A stretch of 64,000 nucleotides of DNA from Methanobacteriota archaeon (lineage in GTDB: Archaea > Thermoplasmatota > Thermoplasmata > SG8-5 > JAGLSY01): NCBI GenBank assembly GCA_020696385.1, contig JAEHCQ010000001.1:576001-640000 (forward strand). Direction: 5' to 3'. Of the stretch, positions 31,001 through 39,702 are shown in pieces. A program made the position numbers and the translations under genes. Each line of letters begins with the position of its first letter. Position 1 is the stretch's first letter. Under the pieces are notes generated by a model. The model was not told where the DNA came from. It did not search any database and saw only the letters and a list, made by a program, of their open reading frames with translations.

Positions 31001-32002
31001 ACCCTGGATGGCTCCGCAAGCACTGACAATGTCGGTGTCGTGGCCTATGAATGGACCTTCGATGATGGTGCGAATGATGTCGTGATAATCAATGACATCA
31101 TGAATTACACATTCACCATACTCGGGAACCATACATTGACATTGACCGTGTGGGACGCGGCCGGTAATGAAGGCACACTCACTACATGGGTGAATGTCGT
31201 TGACATGGAAGCACCTGATGTTCTGGTCATAGCACCTGGCGAAGGATTGGAGGATGTTCCACTTACCTGGGATCTCATAGTCGTATTCACCGAGGCAATG
31301 GACACAACATCTGCAGAAGCAGCCTTCAGTGTGGATGGAGCGAATGTTAGCGCCTTTGTCTGGGATGCAAGTGGAAGATATGTCACCATCTCATTCGATG
31401 AGCTGGCGTTTGACACGATATACACCTTCATCGTGGGGCCAGAGGCAATGGACTTAGCTGGCAATGAGATGGGAACAGCACACACGGACAGTTTCCTGAC
31501 ATTGTTGGACACCACCCCTGTACCAGTTCCAACAGAGGATGATACAGATGGTGACGGTGTGGATGATGTCGATGACGCATTCCCTGATGATCCAGCAGCA
31601 TCAGTAGATACGGACAATGATGGTGAGCCTGATTCATGGAACCCAGGTTACACGGCGGATGATTCCACGACCAACCTGACTGAGGACTTGGACGACGACA
31701 ATGACGGAATCCTGGATGTGGATGATGATCCAATAGTTGTGGATGATGATCCGGTGGATGATGATGATGACACGGCGGATGACGACACAGGTGGTAATGA
31801 TTTCATGTGGATCATTATCATAATCGTCCTGGTAGTTGTGATCGTTCTGCAGGCGATGATGAAGGGAAAGAAGCCTGAGGACGAAGTATCGGCAGATGAT
31901 ACGCCAGAGGCGGGGTCTGAAGCACCTGTGGAAGAGCCAGCTATTGAAGAAGCACCAGAAGAATCTGGTGATGTCTCATCCGATGACCTCGTGTCTGAAT
32001 AA
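25049..32002 (+). CDS. Giant surface protein, paralog 2 (long beta-helix, three inserted modules, 3 PKD, Ig-like, Asp-rich, TM anchor)
   Basis: Same architecture as 19773-24842. ATG at 25049, after gagaggag, aligns with the ATG of paralog 3. Confidence 0.87.
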   Translation: MKNKFSALIMSIVMVTVIFANTSLVLAGTPAPPSDVPDGIQYIDGDWTVVGSESYTDEIIVLTGNLTVPAGATLTLTNTTIQMNCTMIGQYKINVGGNVYLLDGGDGLTPMEAADADASAIISSNPAFETYLHVMPGAVFDVQNSEVRNVGRTDINGYLVGGLNPETNITIWENVTDGEFSVTLEGVTADIWGIDFNTTPVTTIDEVATRIQNAIQAIGIGGFIGATVIWNTDHFEIISGTTIDASSSISAISSVAPLMANSTANGTEISGTGWMDCAMNTQSYDADKYMIGTYFESNSVSITNSLIADGGHGTIFDNCHPAVFSHNLVDNMAGAGFGITNWSNPGFTIDYVLSDNTITNNGFYGVVFDAETVDVEVFDMDISENVYGLNIYAGSSITAYVHDSLFWRNSGITEQDAATIFMLPGEGGNVDATIERCSLIENYCGSIWLGISHQDDYRCGNVTADISNNDLIGNHGDIKMNANFTVDATVIDNTISWSNYHTAVDSFNFGHAESSSLTNKDEYVQYLDLEFSRNTADFGMYADGVPVGGYVRTSAKENVDATINDNYVVGGYNVGGIFRIGYPCDDDGTDPMFPLVRNTTAYFEGNIVEMYYDGGAPNVGQVIQTHAKYNLDSTVIDNKFYFESGAGTVIRLGVWGDGNGPEPVLNNTALVRENTITFNDQAEDQLGGSIKIMALDYIYADIIDNDIYAFVSYNDGGWIWVGFIHNVYEIPCKNVTANIINNRMIGDFFMPDAKCWFINVAGEINTRANVIGNVFIHNDFMLDSNDNPTDFLRFGFIQGFSSGATFCTDNLFLNLTDNRITYRTGAEVKLSGEGLWTMTSNEVCIVNIERNIFDIDFYYNDGATPLIGGMLSIGTSNNWYSLGTTKNLTVGIIDNVFDIRLHGQCYVGGVFDLVAMDNVDAIVTGNQFHFETTDYEIDVPDVGGFFRIGHSGNSMIVANHTTVDFMDNKFEIILEAGIYMGGGLRIWAEIDIFANVTGNDFVFDSVYDQGWSNIGGFLNIGGTNYFTENVTANVNYNTFTVDIFGGIELGSVLKIGAEFDLVTNVIGNEFVVNTYYDIGGIDFGGLIDIGALWEESNNITAHVNYNKISFTMFEDIDGASAMHIGGGKNLSVEVIGNDIEYTTLSDGSSIYIGGIIKVGDVSGVLAKTVEGVISDNNIQAHLINNTDTGGAIRVTAENEVNLVMDNNIVQGWWPADVAEDDRRDFGVRIGYQCESNGILANNVTLHMTNNIIGPGGKSSALYVGAIDNLDFSFDGGVVQGALWDNWYIAAEGSNGNGITAESEGNMTVSITNAEIMSNRGAGIAIIANNNTAVDIKDCYIHGNYWHGIYIASDNELIDTFSIERCDIIGNGMNISGDLPEYGSGIYVENGLIDVDNCTLTNPGGEYEFKIMDTTSFVHTLNTTFDKDNVFLESTAGYLTGGVSADDKQAGWALITDGEFNLTIDGVSADIGPIDFTGIGSVTDAATRIQTAIQLEFPGVTCTYTGGIFTITSATMGIGSGVTALINHSVGSGTDISGLTEISSKAYVDGGTNEEPTPANWAAVTDGEFHIVLDGVPADIGPIDFTGDTTLGQVAMTITAELQAEGGVYSSALCQWIGGMGYFRITSGTWNFSSSATNLSATGTGTDISGLTASAGGAWLDMADNAVVQPVKNFMDCALNGTETAGESAELLVSWFMHVKVLQSGTNYGIPGAVVTVEDGAGIVVGSGTTDSDGYLKWVICDEYLERMVLSGKDRIEYGDFTAYATKTSTSGSSAPTEMDVSKVVPIMLNYVSLPPIAVASSQTVNEDTLVIFDGTGSSDDFYIVDWDWTFDDSGAVALDGEITDYTFSEPGVYDVTLTVRDYEGLTSAIIITITVVDVTAPTADAGPDQIVDEDTNVTFDGTGSSDNVGIVNYTWTFNNGTAQTLYEVNPVFNFTEPGTYTVTLTVSDAVGLTGIATMEVTVLDVTAPIAIDGDGQTVAEGTEVTLDGSASTDNVGVVAYEWTFDDGANDVVIINDIMNYTFTILGNHTLTLTVWDAAGNEGTLTTWVNVVDMEAPDVLVIAPGEGLEDVPLTWDLIVVFTEAMDTTSAEAAFSVDGANVSAFVWDASGRYVTISFDELAFDTIYTFIVGPEAMDLAGNEMGTAHTDSFLTLLDTTPVPVPTEDDTDGDGVDDVDDAFPDDPAASVDTDNDGEPDSWNPGYTADDSTTNLTEDLDDDNDGILDVDDDPIVVDDDPVDDDDDTADDDTGGNDFMWIIIIIVLVVVIVLQAMMKGKKPEDEVSADDTPEAGSEAPVEEPAIEEAPEESGDVSSDDLVSE

Positions 32003-32018
32003 GTGAATGAAGCAAAAT

Positions 32019-32072
32019 GGGGAAGGCGTGTTCAGCCTTCCCTCCTTTTACATTTTATTATTATTCTTTTTT
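32019..32072 (+). terminator. Hairpin plus T-tract terminator
   Basis: gggaaggc-gtgttca-gccttccc followed by a T-rich run. Confidence 0.75.
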
Positions 32073-32119
32073 GGTTAGCCAATGCATAAAAATACATATT
32101 AACTATAGTTAAAAAATTA

Positions 32120-32148
32120 TCTATTGTTAAGGATATTTATATATAACA
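32120..32148 (+). promoter_or_regulatory. Conserved upstream motif TCTATTGTTAAGG plus TATA box (tttatatata)
   Basis: Matches 24950-24978 and 19550-19562. Confidence 0.65.
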
Positions 32149-32218
32149 TCGTTAAGATTGCACAGACTAACTACATAATCAGATATCTAATGTACAAATA
32201 ATTGAGAGAGGAATAAAA

Positions 32219-35200
32219 ATGAGAAATAAATTCAGTGCTTTGATAATGAGCATAGTAATGGTGACAGTGATATTTGCAAATACTTCATTAGTGCTTGCAG
32301 GTACACCAGCACCACCGAGTGATGTCCCGGACGGTATTCAGTATATCGACGGCGACTGGGTAGTTGCAGGATCCGAAACATACACAGATGAGATCATTGT
32401 GTTAACAGGAAATCTGTCTGTGCCAGTAGGCGCATCCCTGACAATTGTGAACACGACGATCCAGATGAACTGTACGATGATCGGAGAGTACATGATCTAT
32501 GTTGGGGGTAATATGTACCTTCAAGATGGAGGAGATGGGCTGACACCTTTGGAAGTCGGAGATGCAGATGCATCTGTCATAACTTCAAGCAACCCAGCCT
32601 TTGAAACATACATGTATGTCGATGATGGAGCTGTATTGGATGTCCAGAACAGTGAGATCCGCAATGTGGGACGCACAGATATCAACGGATACCTGGTAGG
32701 CGGACCAAATGTAGAGAATGTCGTTGCAAACTGGGCTCCCATCACAGATGGAGAGTTGAGCGTGACCATTGATGGCGTTACAGCCGACATATGGGGTCTT
32801 AGCTTCACTGGAGTGACCGTAATATCAGATGTGACAACAGTGATCCAGGATGGTATACAGGCTATCGGAACAGGCGGATTCATTGGAGCGACCGTTATTT
32901 GGAACACGAACCACTTCGAGGTCGTATCTGGAACCACAATAGACCTGGACACACAGGTCGGGGCCGATTCAACCGTCGATATTGGAATGAACAGCACTGC
33001 AAGTGGTACGGACATATCAGGAGCTGGCTGGCTGGATTGGACAGCAAATGCCAGATCTTACGGAGCAGATAAAGGCATGATAGGCACTTATATCGAATCC
33101 AGCAGTGTGAGCATCACCGACAGTGTGATAGGCGATGGTGGCCATGGTCTGATATTCGACAGCTGCTATCCAGCTGCTTTTACTGGCAATCTCATAGATA
33201 ACAATGACGGAATAGGACTCGGCATCACCAACTGGAGCAATGCAGGATTCAATATCAATTACATTGTTTCAAACTATGAAATAATCAATAATGGCCAACA
33301 CGCGATCTACCTTATGGCGGATATCATCAATGTCGAGGTATTCAATATGAACATCTCGGCAAATGGATGGGGTGTCAATACCTACGGTGGCAGCAGTGTG
33401 ACGATGAACGTGCACGACTGTGACTTCTGGAGACAGGATGGTACCAGTGAGATGGACGCGTCAGTTGTATTCGCAATGGCTGATGAAGAGGGAACTATCG
33501 ACATGACCGTCGAGAGAAACCTCTTATACCACAATGAAGGTGGAATGATCTGGGGCGGTATCGGCTGGCTCGATGATTTCAGAGCAGCCAACCACACAAC
33601 GGTCTTGATAGCAAATAATACGATGATCGCCAATGACGGGCACAATAATTTCAATGCAAAGAACGATGTCAATGCAAAGATCGTTGATAATTACATAACC
33701 GGCCTGGATGGAGACACGAACTTTGATGGATTCAGGATCGGATTTGCTACCAGCTCAACAGGATCGGATAAAGATGAGTTCCCAGAATACACGACGGTCG
33801 AATTCTCAAGGAACATCGCGGATATGGGGGTGTTCGGCGATGGATGGAATGTTGGTGGATGGCTCCGCACAGCGGCCAAGAAGGTCACGAATGCAGTAGT
33901 GATCGACAATGATGTTGTCGGCGGTTATTTCATTGGAGGAGTCTTCAAGATAGGGCATCCATCTTACAGCAATATGGATCCATTGGACGCCAGATTCCCG
34001 AACTGTGAGGAAGTGAATGCTTACTTTGAAGGAAACAGCATCAAGATGTATTGGGACTTCCAGGTCAATAATGGCCCAGATATAGGCGGTTTCTACCAGA
34101 CCATGGCGCTATTTGACCTAAATATGACCATGATCAATAATTACGCTTACTTAGAGTGTGGGAACTCCGGTTCCATTGTGGAGGCTGGTTGGGATGGAGA
34201 TAATGATTACTACACACTCAACACCACTGTGTGGATGATCGGGAACACCATAGAAGTGGACATGAAGTCCACTTCCGAGTCAATTGGGGGCGTGATCCAG
34301 ATATTGGCAGAGCCAGATATTGGAGAGGTAAAAGCGTATCTGTACGACAATGACATAAACATCATGAGTAACGATAATGATGGCGGTGTCATCAAGATTG
34401 GCGGATATGTATCAGACACTCCAGCCGGGAATGTCACTGCCAGATTGGTCGGTAATTCCCTGACCGGATATTACACAGATGGATCTGCCGTATACCTTCA
34501 TATAATGGGTGTGGAGAATACGAGAATAGATATGATCGATAATATATTCTATCTTGAAAATGTCGCAGCCATTGATTTGGATATCCAGTTCTTCAGAATG
34601 GGAGGTCACAGTAGTTGGAGTGATACGGCGGATTATTTATTCGCGAACATAACCGACAATGTGATCATAGTCAATACCCCTGGCGCATGCAATTATGGCG
34701 GAGGACTATGGTGGATAGTGGCTGATGAATATCAGAATGTCAATATTGAGAGGAACTTCATCGAGCTTATAAATGAATATACTGATGATTGCCCATCATT
34801 TGGTGTAGTGTTCTGTTTCGGATATGAGATCAGTGACGATTACTACGTCAAGGACATGGATTTCAGAATGATAGACAATGAATTCAGGATCATATCAGCC
34901 GGTGAAGCAGATTATGGTAATATATTCATCATCTTCGCTGATGAAGAGCTTAATGTGAATATCAGTGGCAATACCTTCGAGTTCGAAACAGCATATTACA
35001 GCTCCCAGGCCTATGTAGGCGGGTTCATGTGGATCGGGTATGAGAAGAATTCAGATGAGATCGCGACCAACACCACACTGAACATGTATGATAATGTGTT
35101 CGATCTTGACCTGGGACATGAAACTGACGTGAATGGATTCATCATGGTAGAGTGTGATGACCAACTCGTGGTCAATATATGTGGAAATGAAATAAACTCC

Positions 35201-38200
35201 ATATATCACAAAAGCGTTAGTGGAGGAGGATTCTTCGAGATAGGATATTACTACAGAAATGCACAGTCGATCAACACGACCGCGAAGATCATGAATAACA
35301 ATATCCACGCTCAATTCCATGATGGTTCATCTGTAGGGACATTGTTCAAGATACTCGCCATAGAGAATGTGTTCATAGACATGATAGGGAATGACATAAC
35401 TGTCGATCTCATAGGAGGATATGTCAGCGGCATAGATCTAGGCGGTGTCATCAGGATAGGCAGGACAGGAAGCAGTGATGATGAGACAGCGGAGGTTGTC
35501 AAAGGATCATTCAGCGGTAATAACATAGTTGTGAACACGAATGAGAACAATAATGGTGGACAGATATTGAGATTGTCCGCGACCGACCTGGTTGACCTGG
35601 TAATGAACGACAATGTGATACAGGCATTCATTATGACCGAGGATGAGGATGATATAGAGGACCTTGGAGTGAGGATCGGATATGAGTGTGAGAGCAATGG
35701 CATCATCACCGATGACGTCATACTCCACATGAGCAACAACATCATCGGCCCAGGTGCAGTAGGATCTGCTCTGGCTGTGGGTGCCAATAACAACCTGACC
35801 TTTGATTTCATCGGAGGAACACTTCAGGGTGCGTTCTATTGTGATTCCTACAATACAGAGCCCGCATACGGCAATGGTGTATCATTACAGGCAGGTAATA
35901 CACTCAATGCATTGATCCAGGATGCCACGATCATTGATAATCGTGGAGCTGGAATATATGCAAGTGGTTACAATGATTCATATGTCGATATAATCAACTG
36001 TGACATCATAGGCAACTACTACAACGGTATCTACCTGAACTCTGATGTTGGCATCATGACCAGCAACATAATGGAATGTAACATAATCGACAATGCGAAT
36101 GACTACAACGGAGATGTTGGCTCCTCAAATGGAATTGAAGCATTCGATTCCATCATCTACATGGAGAACTGTACATTCGACAATCCAGATGCAGATTATG
36201 AACTGGATCTTGATGGCGACACAGATGTTACAGCACTGAACACGTACTTTGACAAGAGCAGTGTGTACCTCAATGATATGTCCGCATTCTTAACTGGCGG
36301 TACAGATATCGAGGTGGATGTTGCAGATTGGGCCTCTATTTCGGATGGTACGTTCAATATCACTATTGACGGTGTTTCCGCAGATATCGGACCAATTAAC
36401 TTTGGAGGAGATACAACAATGGGCATGGTACGTGATGATATTCAAATTGCCATAACCGGTGCCTTCCCTGGCACAAGTGTCGTATGGACTGGATCAGAGT
36501 TTATGATATACACATCCTCAAATGGACTTGAATCATCTATATCTGTCCTATCCGCCCACAGCGGTGGTCTTGGTACTGACATATCTGGTCTTTCAGCCTC
36601 TTCATTCGATGCAACTTTGACCGGAGGAATGGGTGCTATCTCCAATATACTAGCCTGGAATATGACGACAAATGGAAGCTTTACCATAACAATAGATGGG
36701 AACACGGCTAATGTTGGACCTATAAACTTCACAACAGCCACTAATATGACTGGTGTCGCAAACCTTATAGAGACTGCAATGCAAGTTCCAGCTGGCTTCG
36801 CGGGATCAACATGTACATGGAACGGAACCAGTTTCATCTTCACATCTGGAACACAAACCCCAACAACGAACATATCCAATGTATCTGCGGGTACTACTGG
36901 AGTGGACATATCTGGATTGATGGACAGTGGAGATAATGGTGTTGTGACCCTATCACCAGTAGGTTGGTGGATGGATAGTGCTGGCAATGGTATTACTACC
37001 GCAGGCACAAGCTCGACATTACTTCTACAGTGGTACATGAACGTCAAAGCAGAACATCTGTCATCCGGATTGGGAATACCTGGAGCAACAGTGGATGTTT
37101 GGGATGTCTTCGGAACACCGATCACAAGCGGAACAACAGCCATGGACGGATACCTCAGATGGATAGTTGTCAACGAATACTACCAGACATCGACAACCCA
37201 GACAAACTACACAGCACACGATGTTACAGTGACATTGGCTCCTGAAACTGGCAATGCTAACCCGATAATGGACACAACACAAGATGTGATCATCATATTG
37301 GATTATGTGTCTGACCCACCAATTGCAGCTGCAGGTTCAGATCAGACAGTGGATGATGGCGCAACCGTCACCCTGGATGGTTCTGGCTCAACAGACGACT
37401 TCTACATAACAGCATGGGACTGGAGCAATGCCACAATGGCACTTGCATTGAGCGGTGAGACAGTGGACCACGTGTTCGCAGCACCGGGTGTTTATGAAAT
37501 AACCCTGACAACAACCGATGCAGAGGGTTACACAGACACAGACACGGTTGTCATAACTGTACTGGACATCACACCTCCAACAGCCAATGCAGGACCTGAC
37601 CAGATCGTGGATGAAGACACTGTTGTGATATTCAATGAAACAGGCTCGGATAATGTCGGTGTCGTGAACTACACATGGACCTTCAATGATGGTACGAACC
37701 AGACACTGTATGGGGAATCAGCAAACTACACCTTCGCTGAACCTGGAACATACAATGTCACATTGACCGTGGCTGATGAAGCGGGACTGACAGACACTGA
37801 TGTGTTCGTCGTAACTGTGCTGGATATAACACCACCTGAAGCAATAGACGGTGATGGACAGACAGTGGCTGACGGAACCACAGTCGTACTGGACGGCTCT
37901 GCAAGCACGGACAATGTCGGTGTTGTGGCATACGAGTGGACCTTCAATGATGGGGCGAACGATGTGGTACAGACAGGAGCTATCATGAATCATACATTCA
38001 TGACACTCGGTAACTACACCGTGATACTCCAAGTATGGGACGCGGCCGGCTTAAATGACACATTGGTCACATGGGTGAACGTGGTCGATATGACTGCACC
38101 TGATGTGCTGGTCATAGCACCTGGCAACGGACTCGAGGATGTACCGGTGGAATGGGATCTAATAATCGTATTCACCGAGACAATGGACACGGCATCTGTA

Positions 38201-38878
38201 GAAGCGGCTTTCAGTGTAGTTGGCACAAATGTCACAGGCTTTGCCTGGGATATTTCCAATAGCTATGTGACCATAACATTCGATGAGCTCGACTATGATA
38301 CCATATACGAGTTCACGGTGGGCGCGGATGCAGAGGATATTGCAGGAAACACAATGGGAACAGCACACACAGACAGTTTCCTGACAGCTTTGAGCACAAC
38401 CCCAGTACCAGTACCAACAGAAGATGACACAGACGGTGATGGTGTGGACGATGTGGATGATGCATTCCCAGATGATCCAGCAGCTTCTGTGGACACAGAT
38501 GGTGACGGTGAGCCAGATTCATGGAACCCAGGCTACACGGCAGCAGATTCCACGACCAACCTGACAGAGGATATGGACGACGATAATGACGGAATCCTGG
38601 ATGTGGACGATGACCCAATAGTGGATGATGACACAGCGGATGATGACACAGCGGATGATGACACAGGTGGTAATGATTTCATGTGGATCATTATCATAAT
38701 CATATTGGTTGTCATAATCGTTCTACAAGCAGTGATGAAGGGAAAGAAACCTGAGGATGATGTCCCCGAACCAACAGAAAACATTGCTGAACCAGAAACA
38801 CCAGTGGAAGAGCCGACTGTTGAAGAAGCGCCAGAAGAATCTGGTGATGTCTCATCCGATGACCTTATGTCTGAGTGA
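32219..38878 (+). CDS. Giant surface protein, paralog 3 (long beta-helix, three inserted modules, 3 PKD, Ig-like, Asp-rich, TM anchor)
   Basis: N- and C-termini nearly identical to paralog 2; central beta-helix divergent. Confidence 0.87.
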   Translation: MRNKFSALIMSIVMVTVIFANTSLVLAGTPAPPSDVPDGIQYIDGDWVVAGSETYTDEIIVLTGNLSVPVGASLTIVNTTIQMNCTMIGEYMIYVGGNMYLQDGGDGLTPLEVGDADASVITSSNPAFETYMYVDDGAVLDVQNSEIRNVGRTDINGYLVGGPNVENVVANWAPITDGELSVTIDGVTADIWGLSFTGVTVISDVTTVIQDGIQAIGTGGFIGATVIWNTNHFEVVSGTTIDLDTQVGADSTVDIGMNSTASGTDISGAGWLDWTANARSYGADKGMIGTYIESSSVSITDSVIGDGGHGLIFDSCYPAAFTGNLIDNNDGIGLGITNWSNAGFNINYIVSNYEIINNGQHAIYLMADIINVEVFNMNISANGWGVNTYGGSSVTMNVHDCDFWRQDGTSEMDASVVFAMADEEGTIDMTVERNLLYHNEGGMIWGGIGWLDDFRAANHTTVLIANNTMIANDGHNNFNAKNDVNAKIVDNYITGLDGDTNFDGFRIGFATSSTGSDKDEFPEYTTVEFSRNIADMGVFGDGWNVGGWLRTAAKKVTNAVVIDNDVVGGYFIGGVFKIGHPSYSNMDPLDARFPNCEEVNAYFEGNSIKMYWDFQVNNGPDIGGFYQTMALFDLNMTMINNYAYLECGNSGSIVEAGWDGDNDYYTLNTTVWMIGNTIEVDMKSTSESIGGVIQILAEPDIGEVKAYLYDNDINIMSNDNDGGVIKIGGYVSDTPAGNVTARLVGNSLTGYYTDGSAVYLHIMGVENTRIDMIDNIFYLENVAAIDLDIQFFRMGGHSSWSDTADYLFANITDNVIIVNTPGACNYGGGLWWIVADEYQNVNIERNFIELINEYTDDCPSFGVVFCFGYEISDDYYVKDMDFRMIDNEFRIISAGEADYGNIFIIFADEELNVNISGNTFEFETAYYSSQAYVGGFMWIGYEKNSDEIATNTTLNMYDNVFDLDLGHETDVNGFIMVECDDQLVVNICGNEINSIYHKSVSGGGFFEIGYYYRNAQSINTTAKIMNNNIHAQFHDGSSVGTLFKILAIENVFIDMIGNDITVDLIGGYVSGIDLGGVIRIGRTGSSDDETAEVVKGSFSGNNIVVNTNENNNGGQILRLSATDLVDLVMNDNVIQAFIMTEDEDDIEDLGVRIGYECESNGIITDDVILHMSNNIIGPGAVGSALAVGANNNLTFDFIGGTLQGAFYCDSYNTEPAYGNGVSLQAGNTLNALIQDATIIDNRGAGIYASGYNDSYVDIINCDIIGNYYNGIYLNSDVGIMTSNIMECNIIDNANDYNGDVGSSNGIEAFDSIIYMENCTFDNPDADYELDLDGDTDVTALNTYFDKSSVYLNDMSAFLTGGTDIEVDVADWASISDGTFNITIDGVSADIGPINFGGDTTMGMVRDDIQIAITGAFPGTSVVWTGSEFMIYTSSNGLESSISVLSAHSGGLGTDISGLSASSFDATLTGGMGAISNILAWNMTTNGSFTITIDGNTANVGPINFTTATNMTGVANLIETAMQVPAGFAGSTCTWNGTSFIFTSGTQTPTTNISNVSAGTTGVDISGLMDSGDNGVVTLSPVGWWMDSAGNGITTAGTSSTLLLQWYMNVKAEHLSSGLGIPGATVDVWDVFGTPITSGTTAMDGYLRWIVVNEYYQTSTTQTNYTAHDVTVTLAPETGNANPIMDTTQDVIIILDYVSDPPIAAAGSDQTVDDGATVTLDGSGSTDDFYITAWDWSNATMALALSGETVDHVFAAPGVYEITLTTTDAEGYTDTDTVVITVLDITPPTANAGPDQIVDEDTVVIFNETGSDNVGVVNYTWTFNDGTNQTLYGESANYTFAEPGTYNVTLTVADEAGLTDTDVFVVTVLDITPPEAIDGDGQTVADGTTVVLDGSASTDNVGVVAYEWTFNDGANDVVQTGAIMNHTFMTLGNYTVILQVWDAAGLNDTLVTWVNVVDMTAPDVLVIAPGNGLEDVPVEWDLIIVFTETMDTASVEAAFSVVGTNVTGFAWDISNSYVTITFDELDYDTIYEFTVGADAEDIAGNTMGTAHTDSFLTALSTTPVPVPTEDDTDGDGVDDVDDAFPDDPAASVDTDGDGEPDSWNPGYTAADSTTNLTEDMDDDNDGILDVDDDPIVDDDTADDDTADDDTGGNDFMWIIIIIILVVIIVLQAVMKGKKPEDDVPEPTENIAEPETPVEEPTVEEAPEESGDVSSDDLMSE

Positions 38879-38898
38879 AGGAAACAATAAAGCAAAAT

Positions 38899-38950
38899 GG
38901 GGAAGGCGAACCAGCCTTCCCCCCTTTTATCTTTTATTTTATTTTCTTTC
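38899..38950 (+). terminator. Hairpin plus T-tract terminator, abutting the convergent trmJ stop
   Basis: ggggaaggc-gaacca-gccttcccc followed by ttttatcttttattttatttt. Confidence 0.75.
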
Positions 38951-39653
38951 TCAATCTTTGGATCGTACGACTTGACCGACTGATCGTCCCGGCCAGTGTA
39001 TGAAATTCCCACTTGGTAAGATCTGCCCGAGATATTATTCTGCGGAACATCACTTTTGTCTTCGGCATCTTGTGCTTTGGATAATTGGTCTCCTCCAACA
39101 TCTCATCGAATAGAGTATGTAGGGTCTCTTTGTCTGAGGAACGGGCCATTTGCTTGGAAGATGTCGCTTCTCCCATGGTTGCAGCCTCATACATGATCAC
39201 CGTAGCAGCTTGAGAAATATTCATAATTGGGTATTCTGGAGAAGTGGGTATATTGACCAATAGGTCACACTTGGATATCTCATCATTGTACAGTCCCTGA
39301 TCCTCCCTTCCGAAGACCAGACCTATCATACCATCTTTGTCATGGACATGTTCTGCAAATTCCTTCGGTGTCATTGGCTGTCTGTTGAATTTTCTACCAT
39401 TCTCCGTAGAGATACCCGATGTGCCCACAACTAGGTCCACCATGCCCATGGCGGTGGGAAAATCATCCACGATCTTGGCATTTTCAATTATAGGTCTGGC
39501 ATGCTTGGCAAAACGGAAAGCGTCATCTCCCAGTTCACAAGGATCTACCAATATGATATCTTTAATTCCGAAATTGGCCATCGAGCGGGCTATGGAGCCA
39601 ATATTGCCTGCGAACTTGGGCTGTACCAGTATTATGGTGAATTCGGGCATCAT
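38934..39653 (-). CDS. trmJ: tRNA 2'-O-methyltransferase, TrmJ/LasT (SPOUT) family
   Basis: ILVQPKFAGNIGSIARSMANFG, VFGREDQGL and IPTSPEYPIMNISQA motifs. Start moved to MMPEF. Confidence 0.88.
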   Translation of the reverse strand: MMPEFTIILVQPKFAGNIGSIARSMANFGIKDIILVDPCELGDDAFRFAKHARPIIENAKIVDDFPTAMGMVDLVVGTSGISTENGRKFNRQPMTPKEFAEHVHDKDGMIGLVFGREDQGLYNDEISKCDLLVNIPTSPEYPIMNISQAATVIMYEAATMGEATSSKQMARSSDKETLHTLFDEMLEETNYPKHKMPKTKVMFRRIISRADLTKWEFHTLAGTISRSSRTIQRLRKKIK

Positions 39654-39702
39654 CCGTGAGAAGACAATCTGATTTATAAAAGCAACCGCATTTAACCCTC
39701 GC

